NCBI RefSeq assembly: GCF_964204645.1
Contig: NC_134036.1
Location: 5,300,600-5,364,599, forward strand
Origin: Tubulanus polymorphus
Taxonomy: Eukaryota; Animalia; Nemertea
Reading direction: 5' to 3'
DNA length: 64,000 nucleotides
Below are positions 1 to 11,304 of the stretch, one piece after another (position 1 is the first letter of the stretch; every line of letters starts with the position of its first letter). The notes beneath the pieces were generated by a model. The model made no database searches. It was given only the letters and a program-made list of their open reading frames with translations, and was not told where the DNA came from. The position numbers were made by a program, and so were the translations under genes.

Positions 1-730
1 CTTCTTCTCCATTGTACGTTTGGTCAATGCCAAATATTTCATCAAAATTAGTGACAAAAATTAGGGGTCAAAACATGAAATCCTGAATATTTCATTTTAG
101 GGGCTTTTTGATCCAGAAACTAACTTGATATTCGTGATCAGCACCCCAAAAAACATATCTGTACCAAATTTCATTCAAATAGAGTGAAAAAATTTTTGAC
201 TTTGTACCCCATTTTTGGGGTGCATTTTTTGGCCAATTAAACCCTAATTTGGCCATGAAGATGAACTCCGATTTAAAATCCGATTGCAGATCCGGATTCT
301 ACACGCCAAAATACATCTTCCTGCCAAGCTTCGAAGGAATCAGAGAAAAAAAACTTTTCGCCGAAAAAAAACTCCTGGACCTGGACCTTAGATTTTTGCC
401 ATTTTTGGCCAAAAAATCGAATCTCTTCGATATGCTTGAAATTTTAGCCCTTACTATTTTTAGGGGTACTGATTCTAAATATGCAATCAGATTTTGAATA
501 TCTAAAAAACTCTGGGGTCCAAGGCCTTTTGAAAATTTAGGGGTCCCCCTAAAAATTCAAATTTCTCATTTTTGGGGCCCTGGATCCGAAAAATTCTTTC
601 GGATTTGTGATTAGCACATCAAAATACATGTCTACACTGAATTTCATCGAAATCGGAGATAAAAAATATTTGACCCTTAACCCACATTTTAGGGGTTACC
701 TAAGATTGCCATTTCTCTGATACACCGGTA
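1..730. mobile_element. Probable end of a non-autonomous DNA transposon (Tc1/mariner-like terminus ...TACACCGG-TA), running off the left edge
   Basis: Degenerate internally repeated motif (gtgatcagcaccccaaaaaacat...ccaaatttcattcaaat at ~134-180; gtgattagcacatcaaaatacat...gaatttcatcgaaat at ~607-655). The stretch ends at ...ctgatacaccgg|ta. The other end is not visible, so the family call is an inference. Confidence 0.3.
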
Positions 731-1104
731 ACTAGACTTAACTCTTACTGTGTATGTTTGATAGGTGGCCTCAAATCATTCTATTAAGTTTCATGTATAT
801 TTTTAGGACGTTCGTACACGGTGGAACTATTGACGTTTGTTTGTGTTTGTTGATCAGGACTACATCAGATGAACTGGATAAATATGTGTGGGCAGAGAGG
901 ATAAACAAACGAACGAACTCGACTTCAGTTACAGTGAAATCTTATGTCCACGAGGACTAAATATGTGACGTTGCTGCTGATACGTTGCTGCTGATGAATA
1001 CGTGTTTGAACTGAAAACTGAAAAATGTAAAACTGCTCCCGGCATGTAGAATCTGACGGATAGAAAACAACAAGGAACATAGAAGTTTAGGTGATATGCC
1101 ATCC

Positions 1105-1358
1105 TATCCTATCTCTCTCTCTATCTCATTGTCTTCTTTCTTCTCACTCTCTCTCATTCTCCCGCTCCCTCTCTCATCCTCTCGCATTCTCGTTCTCCTC
1201 TCCCCCTCTCTCATTTTCCTTCCACTCTCATTCTCCTCTCATCCCTCTCTCATCCTCCCCGCTCTCATCCTCCCCGCTCTCTGTCTGTCTCGTTCTCCTT
1301 CTCTTTTCTCATTCTCCTCCCTTCTCTTATTCTCCTCACTCTCTGTCTCGCTCACTTC
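1105..1358. repeat. CT-rich low-complexity / degenerate (CT)n tract
   Basis: Almost pure C/T sequence; accounts for the Ser/Leu/Pro-rich ORFs 1091-1389. Confidence 0.9.
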
Positions 1359-1487
1359 CAGATTGTTTCCATCTACCGGGTTGAGATAGGAAATAGTTCC
1401 TGTCTCTCCCGGTAGATGGCATTATTTTTTTGATAAAATGTGCTTAAGCAATGGATAAATATGACTTCCCCTGCAGGTTGTATACGT

Positions 1488-1552
1488 GCCGCTATAGCGT
1501 AGTTGGTAGGGTGCTGGGCTGCTAGCCGAATGGTTGGTGGTTCAAATCCCAT
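1488..1552 (+). pseudogene. tRNA-derived fragment (tRNA-Asn-like pseudogene or SINE head)
   Basis: A-box-like tagcgtagttggt and B-box-like ggttcaaatccc. The middle ctgggctgctagccgaatggttggtggttc resembles eukaryotic tRNA-Asn (ttcggctgttaaccgaaaggttggtggttc). The 3' acceptor strand is missing. Confidence 0.55.
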
Positions 1553-1920
1553 AATTTTATTGATGATTCAATAAAATGTTGAATTTTACTTTTGCAAACA
1601 AGCTGTAAGAAATTCCTACTTTGAATTTGGAATAAATTTAATTTGGAATAATTTGTACTTTGCGTTTGTCCTTTCCGTTTTGACTTTGTCCTTTCCTTGA
1701 ACGTGAGAAGTTGCGGAAGAGTTCTTTTCCGAGCGAGTCCTTTCCGAGGCCGAGTGGAATAGTTGTCTTTCTGGGGTAGAGTGTGAAGTTGTGAGGGGGA
1801 AGAGTCCTTTCCGGGGCAAAGTGCCCGAGACAAAGATTTTTAGTAGAGACGAGCATTTTATGTAGATGTACGTTTATTTATTTACGTTACTTTATAACAT
1901 GCGGCAAAACGAATTAACGG

Positions 1921-2205
1921 AGGTCTGCGTCTCGAGGTTGGAAGATGGTGCTGTAGTCGGAGTAGAGTCTGCGTCTCGAGGTTTTTAAGATGTTTCTGTG
2001 GTCGGAGTAGAGTCTGCGTCTCGAGGTTTTAAGATGTTGCTGTAGTCGGAGTAGAGTCAGTATCTCGAGCTTTGAGGATGGTGCTGTAGTCTGAGGAGAG
2101 TCTGCGTCTCGAGGCTTTTAGATGGTGCTGTAGTCGGAGTAGAGTCAGTATCTCAAGCTTTGAGGATGGTGCTGTAGTCTGAGGAGAGTCTGCGTCTCGA
2201 GGTTT
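1921..2205. repeat. Minisatellite, ~40-41 bp unit, ~7 copies
   Basis: Unit approximately gatggtgctgtagtcggagtagagtctgcgtctcgaggttttaa, repeated in tandem with variants (gtctgcgtctcgag vs gtcagtatctcgag). Confidence 0.9.
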
Positions 2206-3654
2206 GGATTGGGAGTATAGTCTAAAAAACAAAAGATAAAAAGTCAGCTTATGAAAACGATCATTGAATATCCAAATTCTATGTTGGTAAAGTTACCTAA
2301 TCTATCAAAGTTGGACCAGTAAACAGGTTGGCTTGGTTCTAGAAGGGTCAATGCGGTACGTAACAGCAAACTGTGGGTTGGTGCAATTATCAATGTGGTA
2401 GCAGCAGCAGCAGGTTCTGGATGTTGCGACAAACTAGCTGTGTACACATAGTTGTCTAAAGTAACGGACTGGTATAGGTTAAAAAAAACCTAAAAAGACA
2501 AAATATGTAAAAGTGCGAATAATCCAAGAAATTCCAGAAATAAATCAAAGACGAAACCAAAAGCGATTTGAAAAGTTAAGCCAAATGTTAAAAAATGTTT
2601 GGGTTCAACATCAAAACCATAAAGAAAACGCGATAATTATCGATACGGTCGATTCATAACTAAAACATTCGATTCCATGAAATTTCTAACCTTTTCAAAA
2701 TGTGTGTGTAGACTAGAAATTGAACACCGGAAATCAACAACAGCGAACTCGCCCTTATCAGCAAATGCCCTCCGGGTAAGCAGTCATCCGTTTCAAGATG
2801 TAATCCGACATCAGTAGCAGCAACAGCAGTCTCCTCTCCATCGTCAGTTGTTCTTCACGCCTTGTTGCAGAGCTTTTATAGGTTGACCTTCATCACTGGG
2901 CCTCAGTTCTCGGACTGGCACAGGGAGGCTCGAACAACCCTTCTAATACATACGTCGACCAATCAGCCACGGTGCATCATCGAGGCGACCGGAATGGATC
3001 AATCAGAAGGCTCGATCGCGCATTCCTGTGGCAGACCCGAGTACGTGACGCTAATCCTCGAGAACCATTCAATTCGTGGCAAACATTTCCTATAGGTATT
3101 ATAGGTCATCGAGTTTAATTCGACTATTCATAGACACACACATTGTTAAAGATAGAATGTGGAATACTAGGATTTTAGCCTAAAATTGCATACTGCAGTT
3201 TTATCTAAACTATCCAACAAACTTTATTGTAGATTTCCCTTCTATTTACGTCTCGTTTTGAACTATAATTCCGGCTCAATTTTACTATTTTCGAGTTTTG
3301 CTTCAGGAATATTGATGTTTGCTTAAAAGTTTGTCCAGTCACGCGGCACTTTTGTGTAGTAGAGCGTGTGGCAGGTCTCCGGTGAGTGATTCTCTATTGG
3401 ATTGTCGTTTCGAGGCCGATTTTATGCACACGTTCACCAGACATCGCCGCGTACACGTCTACTCTGACTGGAAGCTGGTGAAGTTAAAAGAATCATTGAA
3501 GTTTTGTCAATTTACCTGGAGATTGATAGCTGCATTACTAACAAAATATCTACGGAATTCTCGCTGGGATTTTTTCGATTTCTTGAGGAATTAAACAAAA
3601 ATAAAAAATTTCCCAAACCCTCACCAGTCAACTTAAAATATCAAACTAATATTG

Positions 3655-3940
3655 TAAAAAAGTCGAAGGCCCCTGGTGGAATTACTCCGCAACCTGGACC
3701 GGTATTGTGGGATAAATAAATAATTCAGCCAGAAACGACTGAATTAAACATAATTTACCCCACACCAGTTATTCTGTAGGACTCACGCATTAGCAACCTC
3801 ATTCCAGGGAGGACAGCACTCTCGACTCGCCCGCTTACCGGAGATCAATTGCCACATCCTGACCCGCCTCCTCCGAGACTCGAACCTGGGCCACAGCGGT
3901 GACACGCTAGTCGCCGACCGACTAAGCCATCCGGTCCGCC
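3655..3940 (-). mobile_element. tRNA-derived SINE
   Basis: Minus strand begins ggcggaccggaTGGCTTAGTCGGtcggcgactagcgtgtcaccgctgtggcccaGGTTCGAGTCtcgg (Pol III A and B boxes, tRNA-like head), followed by a non-tRNA body ending in a T-run. The 3' boundary is approximate. Confidence 0.7.
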
Positions 3941-4581
3941 CGATTGTAGCCGGTAAACATTCACACTTAATCGCCGACTATTCACATTCGGACAAAACAC
4001 TGTGACGTCACAGTGTGGTGAAAGCCAATATCATTGAATATCAGAATAGGTTGTGCAGCAAGAATATCAGAATTATTTCAACGACTTAATATTTTCGAAC
4101 TGGGCTCAAGCGGAGAGTTTTTTTGTTAAACTGCACTAGCAGTTGAGCGTGTGGCGTCCTCGCAACATGCCAGATTTTCACCAAGAACCTTATTGTCTGA
4201 TGCACCACAGTATGGTTACACCAAAAACTGTTTTATTTCATTTTTGATTTTTTTCTATTTCGATTAGTTGATAAATTCCAAATATCCAATCGAATTGAAG
4301 TCATCTCAAGTCTTTGTGAAAACAAACTTGGCTTAGTTTCTGATATACCACAGTTGGTTACACTGAGATCCCAAAGCGACGGAGATCTCTGTCGAGACAA
4401 CCACTTCCAGGACTGAGTGACCCCAGCTTTACATAGCGGTCCTGGAAAACTACATGCCATTATCTTCTGATAATGCGCTCCCATTTTCTCTCATCAGGGG
4501 CGATTAGGCGATGCCATACACCAAAATAAGTTTTATTAGGGTTTCTGCTGCTTTCACAGAAACCTTCTTGTAATTCTGTTG

Positions 4582-4629
4582 ATTATTATTATTATTATTA
4601 TTATCATTATTATTATTATTATTATTATA
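4582..4629. repeat. (ATT)n microsatellite
   Basis: Direct reading; produces the poly-Ile ORF 4579-4839. Confidence 0.95.
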
Positions 4630-5322
4630 AATTTTCCACTTTCCATCCGAACATTTTTCATAAAATGTAACTCCTCTCAGATTCGACTACCAACAGCTTA
4701 TAAGCGTAATTTTCAATTCTGTCAGAAATATAACTCAGCGCCTGACCATTTCGAATTTGCGTATAGTAATCTAATAAAACGAGAACAGTTGTATATTGTA
4801 GTATCTCAAATCACGCCAAAAATACAACCAATGACATAAAATATGCCAATCTTGCTAAAAGTGACGTATATTTTTACAACTGCAGCTGAGAGAAATGACT
4901 TGTGGCAAAAGGGGGATGAACGACAACTAATCGTGCTAAAGGTTTTAATGTAAAAAGTGTTTAAAGCTGTCCAACAATACGGGACCTCGTGTGGTGAAAT
5001 ACTTATTGTGACGTCGAGCGGGATTAGTTAAGAGTAAAACGCAAAAATCAGATTGACGTTTCTTGCCCCTTATCGATAGGTCACTTCGAAAATCAGTAAC
5101 CTGGAGTCATAAACAGCGAACGACTCGATTTTTGATTTATTTACCCTCAGTTTTATTGAATCTAATTATAACACGACAATTGACGACTGAGGTTCAAATA
5201 TGAATTCAATTCGAGATGTTTCAGAGTCAGTCAGTAACCGGGCCGTTGTTCAGTTTCATAATCGGATATTTTCCCAAAACCAACACAAGTAAATCCAATT
5301 ACAAAACCCTCGTTGGCAACGA

Positions 5323-5748
5323 TTAATAACATTGAAGGATATGGCAACGGTTGCCGCAACACTCAGAACTTCTTCCACACCCCTGGCCATTTGGAACGCA
5401 ACCTATTCGAAAAAAAACATGAAATATTGAAAAAAGAATTAAGAGATGAAGCTAATTGTCGCTTAGATTGAGTCCCACCCCCGGAGAGTCGGTATGATAA
5501 TTGCCCCTCGTTCATGTCGACTACTCAGGCGGAAGAACAGGAGTTTAGAAATACATGAACAATACTGCGCATCAATGAAATGAATATATCTCTGAAATGC
5601 TATCCACCGAACTAAGTCGTTCAAGCGAAAAAAAAAACACTCAACGAAAGCAATTTCGACTTATACATACATGTACATGTATGTACATGTACATGTACAT
5701 GTACATGTATGTACATATACATGTACATGTACATATACATATACATAA

Positions 5749-5795
<47 letters not shown>

Positions 5796-5927
5796 GAATA
5801 TAACTAATGGATTTTCTTTTTCAAATCGTGTATTTCTTCCCAGTCGTTACTCACCATTTGCAAATGCCGCGGCACTGACCATAATTACAACAAAAGAACA
5901 TACGCGGGGTATCAAATGAGTAAACAT
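5323..5927 (-). CDS. Secreted knottin (ICK)-type cysteine-rich peptide, toxin-like, paralog 1: MFTHLIPRVCSFVVIMVSAAAFANGCVPNGQGCGRSSECCGNRCHILQCY (50 aa)
   Basis: Coding exons 5927-5855 (ATG plus hydrophobic signal peptide, 73 nt, donor AATG|GTGAGT) and 5402-5323 (acceptor T-rich...gaatAG|GT, 80 nt, TAA stop). The phase-1 intron joins in frame. Six Cys are spaced C-X6-C-X5-CC-X3-C-X4-C. AATAAA lies at 5157-5152. An upstream acceptor (exon starts 5936) and donor AAG|GTAAGC (exon ends 6323) define a 5'UTR intron. All features are conserved in the paralog at 11305-11786. Confidence 0.88.
5662..5795. repeat. (ACATGT)n/(ACATAT)n microsatellite inside the knottin-1 intron
   Basis: Direct reading; the paralogous intron (~11640) has only a short TA-rich remnant. 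Confidence 0.9.
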
Positions 5928-6322
5928 TTTCAGCGCCTAGATTTCGATATAGATAAGTTAGTATAATGGAAATTTCGTAATAAAAAAAAAAAAAAAAACT
6001 GAGAACGAAGTTTCATCAAATTAGTCCCATCAGTTCGAAACAATTATGATTGTGGAAGTAATGAAAATATGCATATCTAATATTTGTCCGTAAAGATAGA
6101 TTAATTTGAAGTCGATGAAATATCATCCGCTGTATATTTCGCAGTCAGAATGCGAGTGTTTTTTTCTGGTCCCAAGTGCGAGACGGCCACATCGCTATGG
6201 CGTTTGGCATCGCGGAAACACGTCTACAGGTTTCTATCTCTGGTTTTTTCGAAACCTTACATTGACAATGAAATGAAGGTTTGATTGCTAAATAATATTG
6301 AATATTCCAACGCCGGGCTTAC

Positions 6323-6680
6323 CTTTCTTCTAACGTATTCAACTTTCGATATGAAAATATCTCGGTTTCGTCGAGAGCAGGAACGGTCGACGAATGGGTA
6401 AAACGCGCCGCGTTAAATAGCTCGTGCATCATACCAACGATTGCACAGCTTGATATCGAGTGAAATCGATATCGGCGTTTTGTTAAGCTTAATCGATACG
6501 CACCTGGCATTTAAAATCGTTATATCATCAAAATTCAATAACGTGAAGTACGTCGTCTGCCCTTCGGACTTTTGGGTGATCATGATATTTAACGAGCTGT
6601 CGCTTTTCATCATTTCTGAATATCGATTTATATCATACGTAATTTCAATATCTTCGATGATGCACGGGGCCTATATAGAA
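6323..6680 (-). promoter_or_regulatory. Putative non-coding first exon and TATA-like core promoter of knottin paralog 1
   Basis: Donor AAG|GTAAGCCC (GT at 6322-6321) is conserved in the paralog (12268-12267). The exon differs between paralogs by a non-triplet indel, so it is likely UTR. TATATAG on the minus strand at 6677-6671; homology between the paralogs ends just beyond it. Confidence 0.45.
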
Positions 6681-7866
6681 CGCGTCATTCTGACATGTGA
6701 CCAACAGTTCGTACGTACATCTACGATCATAGGTGACCATATTTTTTTTCGAATTATTTCATGATTTCAAGAACCGAGGACAATAGCATGACACAATAAT
6801 GAACAGGTTCAGTCTTAATGACGTTCAATGGACGCGAGCACCGCTGGCTAGGTAATACCAGACTGAATCAAAATTGCTTCAAATCATCACTGCATTCGAA
6901 GAAATATCTCAGAACAATGAACATACACATTCAAAAACGGCCCTTGGCCATTATTTAGAAATAATAAGTGGCCGTATTGAAATTATTTAGAAATAATTTT
7001 TCTCAAGTGAAATTTGAAATATTGGTATTTGTATACTCATTGTATAATTTCAATGTCTATAAAATGCGAATACTTGAATGATTTCGTACCATGTACAATC
7101 TAATGGTATCGCTGGCTTCAGTTGGAAAAAGTCATCAGACAAAAGGCCAATTTTTACTTTTAAAATTCAAAAAAGTTTTGGCGCGAAAAAAATGTTCTGT
7201 CACGTTTTGCGATGCACGTGGTTATATCATTATTTACAACTGACGTCATCGGCAGATCGCAAGGCCCGCCCCACGTGTCAATCAAATATGGTTTATATGT
7301 ATAATAGCCCTACTAAAAACAAATATGCAGTGTATCAATCCGTGATTTTCGGTACAATATCCGACGCCAAATACCTTTCTCTTAAAAGGAAGGAACTGAT
7401 CGTACAGGTTTCCTAAACCTAATGAGCTACTTTTATTTCTACTTTTATTGAGCTACTTTCTATTTTTTTTTTACAATATTGCAAGCGGAAGGTCGGATGC
7501 GACAAAAGAAAAACAACCATATCTTAGATCAGACCTGTTTCCCGCTTTAGTTACATCCGGTATTTCACTACAAACGGTTTGAGAACATATTTCAGCCAAT
7601 TTTCGGCCTAACTAATTAGTTTAACGTCTAGAAAAGGAGTTGAAATCTCTACTCACCCTGATACATTAGGCTTCACAGGTGATTTCGCAAGATCTCGAGT
7701 CATCGGTCGAATTGTCGGTTTAGTCACCACGCAGTAACCAGGTCCCGAGGAATCGCGAAAAGGCTTCATCTGAAAAATAAGAATAAAAACTTAAATTCAA
7801 CTGAATTATTCGAAGCAGGTTAAACAGCCGAGTGAACTTAAGTTATCGTGTAAAAATACGTACTTA

Positions 7867-8166
7867 CGGAAGCGTCCTGGGAACTTATCTATGAAAAAAA
7901 TGTCGAGGATAATTCACAGTGTGTAACTCGGAATTAACTAGTTTTCTCAGTTAAATACGATTTTTGGAGGTTTTTGGTTGGAAATTCCAACCTCCAAACA
8001 GCACATTTAACTGAGAAAAAACTAGTTCCAAATTAATAACTCGGAATTAACCTAGAAAATCACTTTTAACTGAGAAAATTAGTTTATTCCGAGTTTATTC
8101 CGAGTCGCAAACTCGGAAATAACCTCGAATTTCTTTTTTTATAGATATGTCCCCAGGACGCTTCCG
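7867..8166. mobile_element. MITE (~300 bp) with ~40-bp terminal inverted repeats and TA flanks (Tc1/mariner-type)
   Basis: ta|CGGAAGCGTCCTGGG ... CCCAGGACGCTTCCG|ta; internal repeated motifs aactcggaattaac and ttaactgagaaaa in both orientations. Confidence 0.8.
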
Positions 8167-8572
8167 TACGCACTCTTTACCATATCTATAATACTATATT
8201 TCCGATCAACTCAGGTCATCGACATAATATGACAATCAGAGCGTAATACATTTACAAAGAAACAATTTAGAAAAATGGCACATGCGTAATTAAGTAACCG
8301 TTGATAAAACATACGCAAATCTCTTATTACATCATCATCTTAGTTGCATCAGAGCTCTGAACCTGATGGATTTGGATCGGCCGGAAATGTATTGGGGGAT
8401 ATGGCGCATTGTTACATATAATAACTACATATAGAATAATTACAGCAATGAAGATAATGATATTCATCACCGACATCAATGTTACACAGGGTACACATAC
8501 GTTGCTGTCTAACTGTCTCATCCCATCAACCAGTTTCCACCGCGAACTCGTCGATGCATGTTCTAAGTTTAA

Positions 8573-8680
8573 GGCGCGTTCACACGACGAAATTTATACC
8601 GGTTTAAATTTGGTTCGGTCCAATTTAGACCGGACCAAGCGTTCACACGGGTAAAATACCGTTCAAAATTAGACGGGTCA
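8573..8680 (+). mobile_element. Possible PIF/Harbinger-like transposon left end
   Basis: taa|GGCGCGTTCACACG followed by repeated subterminal motifs (gcgttcacacgg, aatttagacc/aattagacgg). No matching right end was identified. Confidence 0.3.
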
Positions 8681-9960
8681 AGTTTAGAGCTTCGGATTGC
8701 GCGGCTTTACAGGGCTGAACACGTATCTGCTAAACTTTCTGGTTATTAGCGCGTCAGACTTTATACGGCAGTAAGAACGATACTTACACACTAGTGTACG
8801 AATAACTAGGTGACATTGACCAGAGGAAATGAACTGGAACAAAAGTTTATTATGGGGGAGAGAATCCGAAAAGGTCACCATTTAAACACACATTGAAGTG
8901 CGAATCATATGTCCACGCAGTGTTGATGAATAAGATCTTGCAATTTGAATAAATCCTAAAATTGTAATATTAGGTTAAATTAGCTGATAATTATACGGGA
9001 AAAATATACCAATTAAAGAACAATTAATGATTTATGACAATCCGATCTTTCGACGCTGTTGAATTCGAAAACCTCGGACGTTTTTTTGAAGATTGCGCAT
9101 ACAAGTATCCACGCTTGATAACTCTTAGTTGACCCTGTACAGATGTTGATTCGATTTTCGAGTTTATTTTGACGGTGTAATATAATGACTTGTAAAATCG
9201 TTCACCTTTTCTATGATAAATCCACGGATTTATTTCACCCACATCGCAACATATCAATAACCGAGTTATAACCGACACGTTCGTATAATCAACCGTTTAT
9301 AGATACAGATATCGATTACAGAAGAAACGGTTTTAATATCGAGTTGTTTGATTGAACTGACCGAATGAAAAAGCCGCCATCTTGATTTCGATTAATTGAA
9401 CGAAACTACAACGTCTAAAAATACATTTTCAGTTTTTTGTAACGACAATTATACTACAGTTAAACATTTTATCGATAGTTTCAATCGGAATGATAAATCC
9501 GCGTAAAAACGGGTTCATCTACGGATGATGAGGCCCTGACGTTTTTCCACGAGAGACGGCTTATGACGACATCCAGACTGTGAACCAGATCTCCAGTGTG
9601 AAGTATTGATAGAGTCTCCCGAGCGTTGGTCAATGGATGGCCACTTACGTGTGTATGATATATTGTACGCCAATCCATGGTGAGTTAATTCATAGAATTA
9701 TAAGCGAACGTGAAAGCCGACTCCTCGGTACAAAATTACGCTGGTTGCCGGTATTTATTAGTCCAACTCTTAATGAGCGTATTTCATTATTTTAAAGTAG
9801 TCAACACTTGACAAAATCTCGAAAAAGGGAATCCCCACGCTCGCGGAGAATAAATTAACGTAAATATTTCTATGAATCTATTGTTCGTCGCCACCGTCGA
9901 GGGCGCTGGACAAAAGGCAAGATTGAGGATTTTTGAGACGACGCCCTTCCCGTTCACTTT

Positions 9961-10298
9961 CATCCTCCCCCGGCAGGGATTCGAACCTGATGGCATCGAA
10001 ATTGCCATGGCACGAAACCCTGCCACAATCGACCGTGTGCGCAGATACATGCGCAGTTCAGATGATGTGATTTTTAGCCAATCAGTTATCCCGTTTTATT
10101 TTAGCCCGGGTTTTCCCATTTATAGTTCCTCCTTGAAATTTGCCTCAACGATTATACAACGAGCAATCTGATTGGTGCCGCCAGTTTTCGTTCGGATAGT
10201 GCGCATGTAACTGCGCACATGGTCGTCTATGGCAGGGGTTCGTGCCGTGGCTGAGTGTAGCGATGCCATCAGGTTCGGGTCCCTGCAGAGGGAGGATG
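9961..10298. mobile_element. Non-autonomous Mutator (MULE)-like element with ~95-bp TIRs and a perfect 9-bp TSD
   Basis: Arms 9961-10054 (catcctccc...tacatgcgca) and 10200-10298 (tgcgcatgta...gggaggatg) are inverted repeats. GTTCACTTT flanks both sides (9952-9960 and 10299-10307). Confidence 0.85.
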
Positions 10299-11304
10299 GT
10301 TCACTTTTAGTTCTACGGTTAGTTTAATAACCGTTGATTATACACCGTATCCGTATTATGACGATAAGACCTTGAGTAGTACTTCATTCAACGTTTCGAC
10401 TTTATTCTAATCGTCGTCATCAGGAGTGTATCAGTCAGCCAACCAACTTCCAAAACTATCCTAAAATATCGACGATCATGGCATTTTCTTGCGGCTAATC
10501 ATCCGGGCTTAATTGATAGGTGGGTATATGTCAGTTTAGCTTTCAACCCAATCGGTTTCCTAGTAAAAAGATTTTAGTCCAAACCTAAGGTTGTTTATCA
10601 ACACTGTAGTATTATACATTTCGTTAGCAAATGGACGCAGCTTCCGAGTACATCTCTCGTGTCCAGTGCACATTCGATGGAACGACGATGTTAAACCCGA
10701 AATAATTTCCAGACTCATCACAAACTGAATTGCCACAACGAAAGTGGCGCAGATATGCCATGATATAGAAGAATTTAGGCCTGAGACCCAATTATTCAAG
10801 CGGCTAAGTGATTCGATACATCGCTAGTACCGTAGATCTCGCTTAATTCGAAATTTTCCAATTCGGATTGAATATTCGGTCGGTTAAACCGGATCCACGT
10901 AAACTATTATTCAGAATTAGGATTTTACTTAATAATTCGGAGAAGGATATCGCTTAGATATACATTTCGGGGTAGAATGCTTTTTGCGACATCTTGCGGG
11001 CCCAGCCAAGAGAAATGGACGATATTGACGTTCCTTGCCGTTTATGGAACGGTGCATCCCGTTTGTCACTACGAAAATCTTCACCGACGAATCATCAACA
11101 GTTAACAACCCGATCACTGATTTTTTTTACTCGCGGTTTTATTGAATCTGATTATAACACGAGATTTGACGACCGAGTTACAAATATAATTTCAATTCGA
11201 GCTTTTCCTAGTCAGTCATCAACCTGACAGCGGTTCAGTTTCATAATCGGATATTTCCCAAACCACCAAAAATACATCCAATTACAAACCCTTACTGCCA
11301 ACGA

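Noticed and set aside
1091-1389. Two 97-aa Ser/Leu/Pro-rich ORFs
   Set aside because: Translation of a CT-rich low-complexity tract.
1488-1552. Functional tRNA gene
   Set aside because: No 3' acceptor-stem strand and a mismatched anticodon stem; kept only as a tRNA-derived fragment.
1921-2232. Regular ~40-bp repeats (CRISPR-like at a glance) and ORF 2029-2232
   Set aside because: Units are contiguous with no unique spacers, there are no cas genes, and the context is eukaryotic; this is a minisatellite.
4579-5803. Poly-Ile ORF (4579-4839) and His/Ile/Met-Tyr repeat ORF (5597-5803)
   Set aside because: Products of microsatellites; the second lies antisense within the knottin-1 intron.
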